Positions 15,145-23,791 of a stretch of 33,984 nt of DNA are shown one piece after another. The notes under the pieces are model-generated. The model saw nothing but the letters and a program-made list of their open reading frames with translations, did not search any database and was not told the origin of the DNA. The position numbers were made by a program, and so were the translations under genes. Source of the DNA: a virus (Duplodnaviria; Caudoviricetes); IMG/VR virus record IMGVR_UViG_3300044698_000164, positions 1-33,984 of that record; one strand, 5' to 3'. The stretch's first letter is position 1. Every line of letters begins with the position of its first letter.

Positions 15145-15504
15145 ATGACTGGTGCCGACGCGTACGCCGCATATGAGGCAGCCATGGCCGAGCACCTGGC
15201 CGCGACCCGCACGGTGATGGATCATGCCGTGTGCGACAGCAACCGGTACGGGGACCGCCTGCTGGGCGCCGAAGCTTGGGCCCTCAACCGGGCCCGGGAG
15301 ATCCTCGCCGAGCACCAGAACCGGTGGACCCGGTACGCCGAGCGCGCTCGGGCGATCCACGGCGCACCCGACCCCGGGCCAGACCCCAGCTGGGCCCTCA
15401 GGACCGAAGGTCCGTCGGCTGACTTCCGCACGTGCATGAACGGCTGGCGCGCACAGCTGAACGAGTTGCGCGACCTGTGGCGCGCTCACCTCGGCGCGCT
15501 CTGA
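15145..15504 (+). CDS. Helical hypothetical protein
   Basis: GGGAG RBS; 119 aa; ends just before the terminator. Confidence 0.7.
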   Translation: MTGADAYAAYEAAMAEHLAATRTVMDHAVCDSNRYGDRLLGAEAWALNRAREILAEHQNRWTRYAERARAIHGAPDPGPDPSWALRTEGPSADFRTCMNGWRAQLNELRDLWRAHLGAL

Positions 15505-15517
15505 CCCCAGCACTCAG

Positions 15518-15553
15518 CGGGCCCCGACCTCGGGTGAGGTCGGGGCCCGTTTC
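15518..15553 (+). terminator. Intrinsic terminator between the convergent operons
   Basis: CGGGCCCCGACCTC-gggt-GAGGTCGGGGCCCG followed by TTTC. Confidence 0.85.
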
Positions 15554-15576
15554 TGCGCCGGCTGTACCGGGAAAGA

Positions 15577-15618
15577 TCAACAGATGAAGTAGAACCACCA
15601 GTGCCAGTGCACCATCAT
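15577..15618 (-). CDS. Possible 13-aa aromatic micropeptide MMVHWHWWFYFIC
   Basis: TGATG coupling to the upstream ORF; last ORF before the terminator. Confidence 0.3.
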   Translation of the reverse strand: MMVHWHWWFYFIC

Positions 15619-15866
15619 CACCACCCGTCCAGGATCGACAGCGGAACCGTCCCGTCCAGGACGAGGGTAACCGTCGGCGCGTCCCCCCGGCCCTCCAACC
15701 GACGGCGGCCGGCCGGTGGCGGTGCCGGGTCGCTCTGCAGCGGCGCCACGTCCGGCCCCCACGGTCCAGCAGGGGGGCCGCACCACCAGCGCAGTACCCG
15801 GCCGCCCGGGGCCACGTACCAGCCTGCTGCAGCACCCGGGTCAGGCAACTGCTGGTGCCTGGTCAC
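15618..15866 (-). CDS. Hypothetical protein (GWY..PGG..LRWW motif, DUF2510-like)
   Basis: GTGA-coupled; 82 aa. Confidence 0.45.
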   Translation of the reverse strand: MTRHQQLPDPGAAAGWYVAPGGRVLRWWCGPPAGPWGPDVAPLQSDPAPPPAGRRRLEGRGDAPTVTLVLDGTVPLSILDGW

Positions 15867-15949
15867 CAGGGGGCTACCCGCAGCGCCACGAGCGCGGCGG
15901 CCAGCAGGACCAGGCCACCGGCCACGAACACGACAGCGGCCAGCCTCAC
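15863..15949 (-). CDS. 28-aa single-TM peptide in the lysis cassette
   Basis: GTGA overlaps at both ends; VRLAAVVFVAGGLVLLAAALVALRVAPW. Confidence 0.5.
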   Translation of the reverse strand: MRLAAVVFVAGGLVLLAAALVALRVAPW

Positions 15950-16251
15950 AGCCCCGGACGGCCCTGCCTGGCCTCCCGCACGATCCGGTCGAAGTCCGTC
16001 CCGGCCGGGCCACCCGCGGCCGCAGCGACCGGCGCCGCGTACACCGGGGCACCGGCACGCCCGAGCAGCCACCCGAACCGCGGCGACCAGTACCGCTCGG
16101 CCAGCCGCACCAGCAGGTAGTACACCGCGCCGACGAGGGCACCGGCCGCGGCCGCGACCTGGCCGCTGGACAGGCCGAGCCACTCGGCGGCCCACGGCCC
16201 GGTCAGCGTGACCAGGATCGGGACCAGGGTCCGGATCAGGGATGCGAGCAT
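15946..16251 (-). CDS. Holin
   Basis: GGAGG RBS; 2 TM; RT.VP...YY..VR.AE..W.PRFGWLLG...P.Y actinophage holin pattern downstream of the endolysin. Confidence 0.75.
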   Translation of the reverse strand: MLASLIRTLVPILVTLTGPWAAEWLGLSSGQVAAAAGALVGAVYYLLVRLAERYWSPRFGWLLGRAGAPVYAAPVAAAAGGPAGTDFDRIVREARQGRPGL

Positions 16252-16265
16252 GATTCCTCCAGTGG

Positions 16266-16577
16266 TCAGCGCCTACCGGCGCGAGTGTGATACGCGAGAT
16301 GTTCCGCGAGCAACTCGCTCGTCTTCTGCCGCGCGACGGCCTCCAGTTCCTGCCGGCGCTCGATCCGTGCGACGGTCGCACGGATCGCGCGGACGTCGGC
16401 CCTGGCCTCTCCCCCCGGGTCGGCCAGGTCCCGCTCTTCCCGGGCGCCCTGCGCTGCCTCCGCGGACTGCTGGGAGGCTCGGGCCGATGATGACGATCGG
16501 GCCACCGCCCACGCACCGAGGCCAGTCGTGAGGGCCACACCGATGCCGGTCACGGTGTCCCAGGCCTCCGGGGGCAT
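16266..16577 (-). CDS. Lysis-cassette membrane protein (N-terminal TM plus coiled coil)
   Basis: TGATG-coupled to the endolysin; ends in EH..H. Confidence 0.65.
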   Translation of the reverse strand: MPPEAWDTVTGIGVALTTGLGAWAVARSSSSARASQQSAEAAQGAREERDLADPGGEARADVRAIRATVARIERRQELEAVARQKTSELLAEHLAYHTRAGRR

Positions 16578-17362
16578 CACGACTGCAGTCGCGCGGCGAG
16601 GGCATCGGCGAGGGCATCGGCCAGGCCCGGCCCGTCCGCCGTCACGCCCTGCGCTGCGAGCGCGGCCGCGAGCGCCTCGACGTCGAGCGCGCCGGCCGAC
16701 AGCCGCGCCTCGATCCGGACGAGCGCCTGGTAGGACCGGACGGCCGCCCACCGATGGGTCAACGGCAGGCCGTCGCTGCCGACCAGGCCGAGCGTCACCG
16801 GTAGCGGGGTGTCGAGCAGGGCATCAGCGATCTCTCGTGGGGTGGGCATGTCGTCTCCCTGGTCGTGTCCTGCTGGTGCTGGCATGCCGTCCTTCACCCA
16901 CTGGATCAGGATCCGGCCGGGGCACTCGGTGCCGTAGTCCTCGCCGTGCCAGGTGCGGCGCAGGGCCCGCCCGGTCCGCTCGCAGGCCTCCGCGTACAGC
17001 GTGCGCGCCGTCGCGAGCGCGGCCGTGGTCGGGGTCTGCCCTTCACCGACCGCTAGGTAGCAGCCGTACGCGGTGACGTTGTGGCCGGGGCAGTGCGCGC
17101 CCACCAGTGGCCAGCCGCGGCCCTCGAACGCGATGCCGTCGTCACCGACCATCCACGCGTAGCCGACCCCGGCCCACCCGCGCTCGCTGTAGTGGATCTG
17201 TTCTACGGCCTTCGCCATCGCCGCGCCGCGTGGGTGTGGTGGCCGCCCACCATGCCAATGGATCATGAATTCTGTGCGCTGCCCGACGGGGATGACACCG
17301 GGCACCATGCCCTTGCGCCAGGCCCTCGCACCCCACTCCGCGCGGGACACCACCGCCACCAT
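16577..17362 (-). CDS. Endolysin, N-acetylmuramoyl-L-alanine amidase (Amidase_2/PGRP-like)
   Basis: VSRAEWGAR...IHWH...H...RGW..VGY...EGRGW...GAHCPGHN...H.....TECPG. Confidence 0.92.
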   Translation of the reverse strand: MVAVVSRAEWGARAWRKGMVPGVIPVGQRTEFMIHWHGGRPPHPRGAAMAKAVEQIHYSERGWAGVGYAWMVGDDGIAFEGRGWPLVGAHCPGHNVTAYGCYLAVGEGQTPTTAALATARTLYAEACERTGRALRRTWHGEDYGTECPGRILIQWVKDGMPAPAGHDQGDDMPTPREIADALLDTPLPVTLGLVGSDGLPLTHRWAAVRSYQALVRIEARLSAGALDVEALAAALAAQGVTADGPGLADALADALAARLQS

Positions 17363-17373
17363 GAGGCCTCCGC

Positions 17374-20300
17374 TCAGGTCATCGTCACCAGGGCCATGCC
17401 GTCGTAGTCCACGGTCCGCGGGGTAGTGGTGCCGTCCCCGAGTGAGCCGATGCCCCAGTATCCGGTCCCGGTGACAGTTTCGGTGACCGCAGCACCAGAC
17501 CACGTGCCCGGCTCGCTGCCCGATGCGGCCCAGACGCGCGCGTTCAGCCACTTTCCGGCCAACCGGACCCGGACCCCGTACGCCGTGCTGGCGGCCAGGG
17601 TCTGTGACCACGTGGCGATGTCGGTGAACACCCCGCCGACCAGGGATTGCAGCCGCAGCGTCCCGGACGCGTCGAGCACCAGCACGTAGCCGGACGTCGC
17701 CAGCGTCGAGTTGCCCCGGACCGTGATCCGGGCAGTGCTCGCGCTGGACCCCAGCGTCACCCCACCGAACGTGATCTCTGCGTCTGCCCTGGCGGTGAGG
17801 TCCAGCCGTCGCGCGGTGTACGCGTTCGCGACGGTGCCGGAACTGATCCGGGCCTGGTTGCTCTGGATCTGCGCGGTGCCCCCGGTCCCAGTGACCCCAG
17901 CGACCCACTGTGCCGCGAGCGAGGCCCCGTTGCTCCCGGTGAAGGTGTCGCTCGCCAGGGTCGACGCGACCGCGGGTGACGTGTCGCACTCCAGCCACGC
18001 GACCCCGGGCCCCGAGTAGACCTCTTCCCACCCCTCCACATGGCAGTCCACCGTCGGATTGCCGAGCAGGCCGGTAGCACCTGGTCCGGCGACCCGTAGC
18101 CGCGCCGACGGGTAGAGCCCGTCCAGGGTCGCCGAGGTCGAGAACAGCGCCGGCACGTGATTGGTCACCGACCCGCACAGATCGATGCGCAGTTTCTGCA
18201 GCCGGTTCCCGGTGGTCCGGGGGGCCAGGAACAGGGCCCCCACGGCGGCCGCCGCGGTGGTGCTCTCGCATACCGTCGTGATCTTTTTGGATCGTTGCGC
18301 GCCGAACGCCTCCGCGTCCGCGGCGATGACGAGAGCCGACCCGCCCGGCCAGGCCACCTCCACGCGGGTCGGGGTCTGGTCGGTGGAGTCGTCCAGTTGC
18401 GGTGTCCCGTCGAGATCCTCTTGGACGTCGATGGTCGCCACCGGGGTATCGGGGCGGACCAGGGAAGGCCGGATCCCGTAGACGTTGCCGTCGCGTGGCC
18501 GTGCCCACAGCAGGCCACCCTCTGAACGCATGATCTCCCGGAGGACGTCCGCGCCGTACCGGTCGGACGTGTCCCCGGTGAGGACGTTCGCGCTGCCCGT
18601 GCCGACTAGGCCGATGGTCAGCGGCAACCGGTCCGCGAACGCGCCGATCGCGGTCACCCGGGCGGAGATCGACCCACCGGGAGCGCCAGTGAACGACGTG
18701 TCGTAGCTGACCACGGAATCCGTGCCGATCGCTGCGATACCGGCCCATGACCCGGCGGCTTTCAAGCTGACCCCGCCCGGTGTCTCAACCTGGCCGATGG
18801 TCCGGACGTCCAGTGCGGCATCGGTGACGGATGGCGCAGAACCACCATTAGTGATCACATATGCGTCCAGGTGCGCGGCATTCCCTGCGTTCTGGATCAG
18901 TGCTATCCGGATCCATTGCCCGCGCGGGAGATTCGTGATCAGACCAAGGTTGGTCGTGTTGTTCGCGTTCATCAGAAAGCAGCCGTTGGCTGCGCCATTA
19001 ACGGTGTAGATGATATTGCATACGAATGTTCCGTCAGATTCTTGGAACGACGCAATCGTGTAATAGCTCGAATCGGCTAGTTCCGTTGGCGTCTTGAAAT
19101 GCAATATGATCTGCAGTGGATTCGCTTGGAATCCGCATATCGTGGTATTGCTATTTCCCTCTGTCGAAGGTGTCGACGTGACCACCTTGCCACATGAAAT
19201 CTCCGAATCGCTCCCGAATTTCAGATTAGGGTAAGACCCGGAATAGGCATAGTTGGATCCCGCGGGGGATGCGTCATCGGTCAGGTTCGTTAACTCCACC
19301 TGCAGCCCGGAGGCCTCCCCGATCGGCTCCCACACGTCGAGCGCGCAGACGTCCGTACGGGCTCTCCAGCGCAATGTCTCGGTGAAGTTCGACGCCAACC
19401 GGAACTGCCCGAGCAGGCCGTTACCGTCGGTCGCGATAACCCTCGTCCGGCCCTTACGGTAGTCGCTGCCAGGCCACGACGAACGCCACCGCTGAACCCA
19501 CCCGGTCATCCTGACGTACTCGACCCCATCCATCGTGACCGAGAAACGCATCGGGACATTCTTTATGACATTGGGCCAGTACGCGCTAGCGGTATTGTCG
19601 GGCCGGTAATCACCGTCCGGGTCATTCAAGTCGAATTCAATCGACGTAGGCGAAATGTCATCGTACGGCGTAGACCGGCCAGGCTTGATTTTCACGGGCA
19701 TACGCAGCGCGTCCGACGCGTCCGTCCACACCCCGGGCTCGAACTCGAACTCCAGAACATGGGTCTCGAACCCCCGGAACCGGGCCAGCACCTCACCCGC
19801 AGCAGACCCCGTCAGGGCCCCCAGCGCGCCGGTCCCGGTGCCGGACACCACCGTGAAGCTGGACCCCACTGCAGATCCCGCGAGCGCGCCCAGAGCACCG
19901 GTCCCGACCCCGGTCACGGGAACCGCGCTCGACCCGGTAGCCGACCCGGCCAGGGCCCCCAGCGCGCCCGTCCCGATGCCGGTCACAGCGGCTGGCCGCA
20001 GCGCCGTCACGAACGCTGCAGCGACCACAGCGGCCGCTGGGGACACGTCCCACGTGCGCGTCCCGGACGCTCCCGCGGTTGGCCGGGCCTCGCTGGCAAG
20101 GGCCAGCGCGCGGCCGGTGGAGGCCGCCGAGTAGGCCGCCACCGACGTCATCCCCGATGGGGTGACCAGGGTCCGGGTGGACGTGTCCGCGATGGTGCCG
20201 GAGAGCAGCAGGGCCCCAGACGTCGCTGTGGTGACGCCGGTAGCGGCGAGCGCCATCGTCCCGGTGGTGACAGCGGCCGTGACGTCGATCGGGGTAGTGG

Positions 20301-20613
20301 TGTCGACCCCCGCCCACGATTGCATGATGGCGGTTACCCGGCCGGCGCTCGCGCTGGTGCTCGCGGTCGGCGCGCTCCCGGGGGTGAACTGGCGGTACGC
20401 GGCGATGGTCTGGCCGCCGGACGCGCCATCGTCGGTGGGTGCGACCACCTGCACCCATGACCCGCCGGGGCCGGTGAACTGAGCCGGTGTCCCGACCACC
20501 GCGAACACGACCAGGGCCAGGTCCCCCGATTGCCGGTCCGTCGGCAGCGTCCCGGTGACAGACGTCGCTGACGCGTTCTCGACAACGGTCGCGGTACGGG
20601 CAGTGAAACCCAT
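17374..20613 (-). CDS. Large multidomain tail-tip / receptor-binding protein (1079 aa)
   Basis: Directly after the TMP; WTD...GRS...L.D.DG.Y.P.N..S.YWPNV hub domain; beta-rich lectin-like regions. Confidence 0.85.
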   Translation of the reverse strand: MGFTARTATVVENASATSVTGTLPTDRQSGDLALVVFAVVGTPAQFTGPGGSWVQVVAPTDDGASGGQTIAAYRQFTPGSAPTASTSASAGRVTAIMQSWAGVDTTTPIDVTAAVTTGTMALAATGVTTATSGALLLSGTIADTSTRTLVTPSGMTSVAAYSAASTGRALALASEARPTAGASGTRTWDVSPAAAVVAAAFVTALRPAAVTGIGTGALGALAGSATGSSAVPVTGVGTGALGALAGSAVGSSFTVVSGTGTGALGALTGSAAGEVLARFRGFETHVLEFEFEPGVWTDASDALRMPVKIKPGRSTPYDDISPTSIEFDLNDPDGDYRPDNTASAYWPNVIKNVPMRFSVTMDGVEYVRMTGWVQRWRSSWPGSDYRKGRTRVIATDGNGLLGQFRLASNFTETLRWRARTDVCALDVWEPIGEASGLQVELTNLTDDASPAGSNYAYSGSYPNLKFGSDSEISCGKVVTSTPSTEGNSNTTICGFQANPLQIILHFKTPTELADSSYYTIASFQESDGTFVCNIIYTVNGAANGCFLMNANNTTNLGLITNLPRGQWIRIALIQNAGNAAHLDAYVITNGGSAPSVTDAALDVRTIGQVETPGGVSLKAAGSWAGIAAIGTDSVVSYDTSFTGAPGGSISARVTAIGAFADRLPLTIGLVGTGSANVLTGDTSDRYGADVLREIMRSEGGLLWARPRDGNVYGIRPSLVRPDTPVATIDVQEDLDGTPQLDDSTDQTPTRVEVAWPGGSALVIAADAEAFGAQRSKKITTVCESTTAAAAVGALFLAPRTTGNRLQKLRIDLCGSVTNHVPALFSTSATLDGLYPSARLRVAGPGATGLLGNPTVDCHVEGWEEVYSGPGVAWLECDTSPAVASTLASDTFTGSNGASLAAQWVAGVTGTGGTAQIQSNQARISSGTVANAYTARRLDLTARADAEITFGGVTLGSSASTARITVRGNSTLATSGYVLVLDASGTLRLQSLVGGVFTDIATWSQTLAASTAYGVRVRLAGKWLNARVWAASGSEPGTWSGAAVTETVTGTGYWGIGSLGDGTTTPRTVDYDGMALVTMT
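19786..19986 (-). repeat. Three 69-bp (23-aa) stalk repeats V(T/S)GxGTGALGAL(A/T)GSAxG
   Basis: Seen directly in the translation. Confidence 0.8.
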
Positions 20614-20616
20614 TCG

Positions 20617-22590
20617 TCAGCCTTTCCCGAACGTGCCGGAAGACCCGCCCTGACCTAGAACTCCCTCGACCGCCTCTGTCACCTGATCCATGAGGAAACG
20701 CTCAGAGCCGATCGCGCCAGCGTAGACATTCACTGTCACTCTGGGCCCGCCTCCGCCACCGAAACCGAATTCGTCGGCCCGGTCCAACGGGACCAGTGCT
20801 TCTGTCCCGGCCTCACCGAACACCCCGAGCGTGGGCCCGGTCGCGATGGCGCCGCGCGCTAGGTAGGGGATTGCCGGAACACCGAGCGAGAACCCCCCGA
20901 CGTTGACGCCGAACGCCGAGAAACCGGGGACCGTGAACCGCAATCGATTCCATCCCCCGATGATGAAATTGAGCGTTCCCCGGAATGCGTTCTTGATGCC
21001 GTCCCACATTCCCGACCCGATAGCCGATATCTTAGACTTCGCCGCTTGGATACCGCCGGTGATGGTGTCCCAGTGTTTCGCAATCATCAGGACGGCTAGG
21101 CCGATCGGGCCCGTGATGATAGCCAGCAGTAGCGGCCAATTCTCCTTGGCCCACCCGAACAGGGCTTTGCCTTTGTCCCACACCCACCCGAGACCCTCAG
21201 AAATGCCACCCATGGCTACACTGAATATCTTCCTCCCGACCTCGGTCTGCGTGAAAAACCAGACGAGGCCAGCGACCAGCGCGGCTATCCCGATGATCAG
21301 GAGACCGATAGGGTTGGCCGACAGCGCCAGGTTCCACAGCCACTGAGCGGCCGTCGCTACGCCCGTAGCGGCCGCGCCAGCGAGTTGTGCGATACGTGCC
21401 CCGGCCGCCGTTGCCGAGAACGCGGACAGTCCAGCCACGAGCATGCCAACCGACGATGCGGCCTCCAGCGTCGGGCCACCGAACGCACCGACCCCGGTAA
21501 CGACGAGACCCATAGCACCCTCAGACTCGGCCAGTCCTTGCGTCCATTCCGAGAACCCCCGCTTGAGGGATTCAATCTGAGATTTAGCGGACCCTCCAGC
21601 GGCCGCCCCGATACCGTCAATTGATCCGGCGACGGTATCCGATGCGTCATTCATTTCCGCGATACTCGGGAGGATCTGCCGTAGCGTGTCCTCCCATTGC
21701 GTCCCGAACAATGCGACCCCGGCCTCGTTCTGTTTCATGGGGTCTTTCATGTTATTGAGGCCCTGCAGTACATTAAATGTTGCCTCATTTGCGCGCGCTC
21801 CACCGGCTGCAACGTCCGCAGCGGTGGTCTGCGCATTAAGTCCAATTAGCTTGTATCCTTCGGCGACCCCTGTCGATCCGTCGATAGCGCGCAACGAGAA
21901 TTCCTTGAACGCGTCGGCGATGGTATCCGTGTCGCGTGCGCCAGCCTGTAGGCCGTCCTCCAATAATGCGAGCGCCTGGCTGCCGCTGATCCCCAGTTTC
22001 GCGAACTGCGGCGAGTACTCGCTGATGGTTTCCAGGAAATCTCCGCCACGGTCAGCGCCGTCACGGAACCCAGCGCCAAGGATGTCGAACGCCTCAGCCG
22101 AGTTAGCTGCGAGACCATTCTTTACGAGAATTCCAGCAGCCTTCGCTGACTCCCCTACATCTGCGCCGAACGTATCGGCAAGTATCTGCGCGGACGTCGT
22201 CAGTTTCGTTAGTTCGTCCTGCCCGAGGTCACCGACGTCACCGAGGTTCGTCGCGACCGTCCTTATCGTCTCGTTGACTTCGGCGATGGATTCACCCCAC
22301 CCCGCGCGGTACACGTCACCCGCGGCCGCCCCAGCAGTGGCAGCGTCAGCCTCGGACAACCCAAGCTGGGCGGACAGTTTCGCGTTCGCGTCCTGAATGT
22401 CCAGCGCGGCGCCGAACGCGGACGCCAGGCCAACACCGGCCGCGGCGCCCGCGGCGACCGCACCGGCCGTGAACTTGTCGAAACTGCGGCCAGTCTCGCG
22501 CGCTGAATCGTCGATGTTCTCGAACGCGCGTTCACCACCCGACGAATCACCGTCGATACGGAACATGAGTGAGGTAGTTTCACCGGACAC
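20617..22590 (-). CDS. Tape measure protein
   Basis: Ala/Gly-rich; D...T..EYS.QF.KLG...GARDTD.IADA.KEFS.R...LFGTQWED; hydrophobic ANPIGL segment; follows the chaperone. Confidence 0.93.
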   Translation of the reverse strand: MSGETTSLMFRIDGDSSGGERAFENIDDSARETGRSFDKFTAGAVAAGAAAGVGLASAFGAALDIQDANAKLSAQLGLSEADAATAGAAAGDVYRAGWGESIAEVNETIRTVATNLGDVGDLGQDELTKLTTSAQILADTFGADVGESAKAAGILVKNGLAANSAEAFDILGAGFRDGADRGGDFLETISEYSPQFAKLGISGSQALALLEDGLQAGARDTDTIADAFKEFSLRAIDGSTGVAEGYKLIGLNAQTTAADVAAGGARANEATFNVLQGLNNMKDPMKQNEAGVALFGTQWEDTLRQILPSIAEMNDASDTVAGSIDGIGAAAGGSAKSQIESLKRGFSEWTQGLAESEGAMGLVVTGVGAFGGPTLEAASSVGMLVAGLSAFSATAAGARIAQLAGAAATGVATAAQWLWNLALSANPIGLLIIGIAALVAGLVWFFTQTEVGRKIFSVAMGGISEGLGWVWDKGKALFGWAKENWPLLLAIITGPIGLAVLMIAKHWDTITGGIQAAKSKISAIGSGMWDGIKNAFRGTLNFIIGGWNRLRFTVPGFSAFGVNVGGFSLGVPAIPYLARGAIATGPTLGVFGEAGTEALVPLDRADEFGFGGGGGPRVTVNVYAGAIGSERFLMDQVTEAVEGVLGQGGSSGTFGKG

Positions 22591-22858
22591 GGCTACCCCT
22601 GCCTCTCGCTCGTCCCTGCTCCTGCTGTTGTGCGTGCAGTTGTTTCGCGGCCCTCACGTAATACGCCCACCAGTGGGCCGGTAGAGTCTCAACATTGTGC
22701 GGCCCGATCGCTGGCCAATACCGTGAGATGAACGCCAGCCATTCATGTATGGATTCGGCTATATCGTCGAATGGCCATTCGTCGGTGGCGTCTGGGGTAC
22801 GTCGCTGCCTGGTGTCACCGGGCCAGCGCTGCCCGGAGAGGTAGGGTCCGCGTCGCTC
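22580..22858 (-). CDS. Tail assembly chaperone G-T extension (-1 frame)
   Basis: -1 frame open from 22858 to TGA 22580 (...DEWPFDDIAESIHEWLAFISRYWPAIGPHNVETLPAHWWAYYVRAAK...); no ATG or RBS of its own. Confidence 0.75.
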   Translation of the reverse strand, partial: ERRGPYLSGQRWPGDTRQRRTPDATDEWPFDDIAESIHEWLAFISRYWPAIGPHNVETLPAHWWAYYVRAAKQLHAQQQEQGRARGRGSRVR

Positions 22859-23262
22859 TCACCCCCTGCCCGCTCGGGTGGGTCGGTGGCCTCCGGCACC
22901 TCCGCCAGGTCATCGTCGCAGACGTCCAGGCACTCCCGGAGGCCGACCACTTCGCCCGCTTTCCGGCGCGTCAGGAACACGGTGACCCCGGTCAGGATGA
23001 GGCCCTCGTCCGGCTGGTCCGGGGGGTCGGAATCCTGGCCCAGTTCGCCCGCCTCGACCCGGGCCCGCCACGCCTTGTCTGCGGCGATGTAGGCCTTCAC
23101 GGCGCGCTCCAGCCGCGACAGGCCCGCCATGCCGAGCGGTTCGGGGATGAGGCCCTCGTCGACGAGGGCCAGCGAGTGTGCCCGTAGCTCGATCAGGTGG
23201 AGGGCATGCGCGGTGGAGCGGGTCACCTGCTGGTATTCCCGGTCCCGGATCCTGATCTTCAC
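22759..23262 (-). CDS. Tail assembly chaperone (G)
   Basis: Immediately upstream of the TMP; acidic C-terminus with DPT. Confidence 0.8.
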   Translation of the reverse strand: MKIRIRDREYQQVTRSTAHALHLIELRAHSLALVDEGLIPEPLGMAGLSRLERAVKAYIAADKAWRARVEAGELGQDSDPPDQPDEGLILTGVTVFLTRRKAGEVVGLRECLDVCDDDLAEVPEATDPPERAGGESDADPTSPGSAGPVTPGSDVPQTPPTNGHSTI

Positions 23263-23272
23263 GCGTGCTCCG

Positions 23273-23788
23273 TCATCTCGTGGCGGCCGCGGCCGCGACC
23301 CGGGAGGCAGCCCGGATCATGGCTGCCTCGATCTCTTTCCGTGCCCGTACCGCGGTGGTCGACCGTAGCGGCCCGGTCCAGAACCCTGGCTTGACCATCT
23401 GGGGCCCGAACAGGCCGGCGCCGCCCTTCCTGCTCTGTCCCCACGCGTAGTGCATCACGCGTCCCCGGTTGATCGCGTTCAGGTCCGCGCGCGGCCCGGC
23501 CCGGCGGCCGCTCTTCGCCGCCGGTTTCCGGTTCATCGTGGCTTCCAGGGTGACGCCGGTCCTAGGGCCCGATGATGCCGCACGGGTCTGGACCTGCAGT
23601 AGCGCCGTCCACTCCCCGAGGTCCCCCGGCAGCGTGGTCCGTGCGGAGGCCCGTACCTCAGCCTCGACCGGTGCGACCGCGGTACGCATCGCCTCGACCA
23701 TCTCCGTCCGGATATGCCGCGGCGCGTCCTTCATGGCGCTGGACAGTCGCCGCATCGGGGCGGTGTCGATGGTGACGGATAGTGGCAT
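23273..23788 (-). CDS. HK97 gp10-like neck/tail completion protein
   Basis: Basic helical protein; IN.GR..H..WG...Q.VKPGFW..P. Confidence 0.65.
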   Translation of the reverse strand: MPLSVTIDTAPMRRLSSAMKDAPRHIRTEMVEAMRTAVAPVEAEVRASARTTLPGDLGEWTALLQVQTRAASSGPRTGVTLEATMNRKPAAKSGRRAGPRADLNAINRGRVMHYAWGQSRKGGAGLFGPQMVKPGFWTGPLRSTTAVRARKEIEAAMIRAASRVAAAAATR

Positions 23789-23791
23789 CGG

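Noticed and set aside
16597-16620. Tandem GCGAGGGCATCG repeat
   Set aside because: In-frame ADAL-ADAL protein repeat in the endolysin tail
17363-18748. 723-aa ORF as a giant endolysin
   Set aside because: The upstream part is an Arg-rich shadow frame of the tail gene; the amidase begins at ATG 17362 behind a GGAGG RBS
22861-22869. GCAGGGGGT G-run as the chaperone slippery site
   Set aside because: The -1 frame hits TGA (22861-22859) immediately after it
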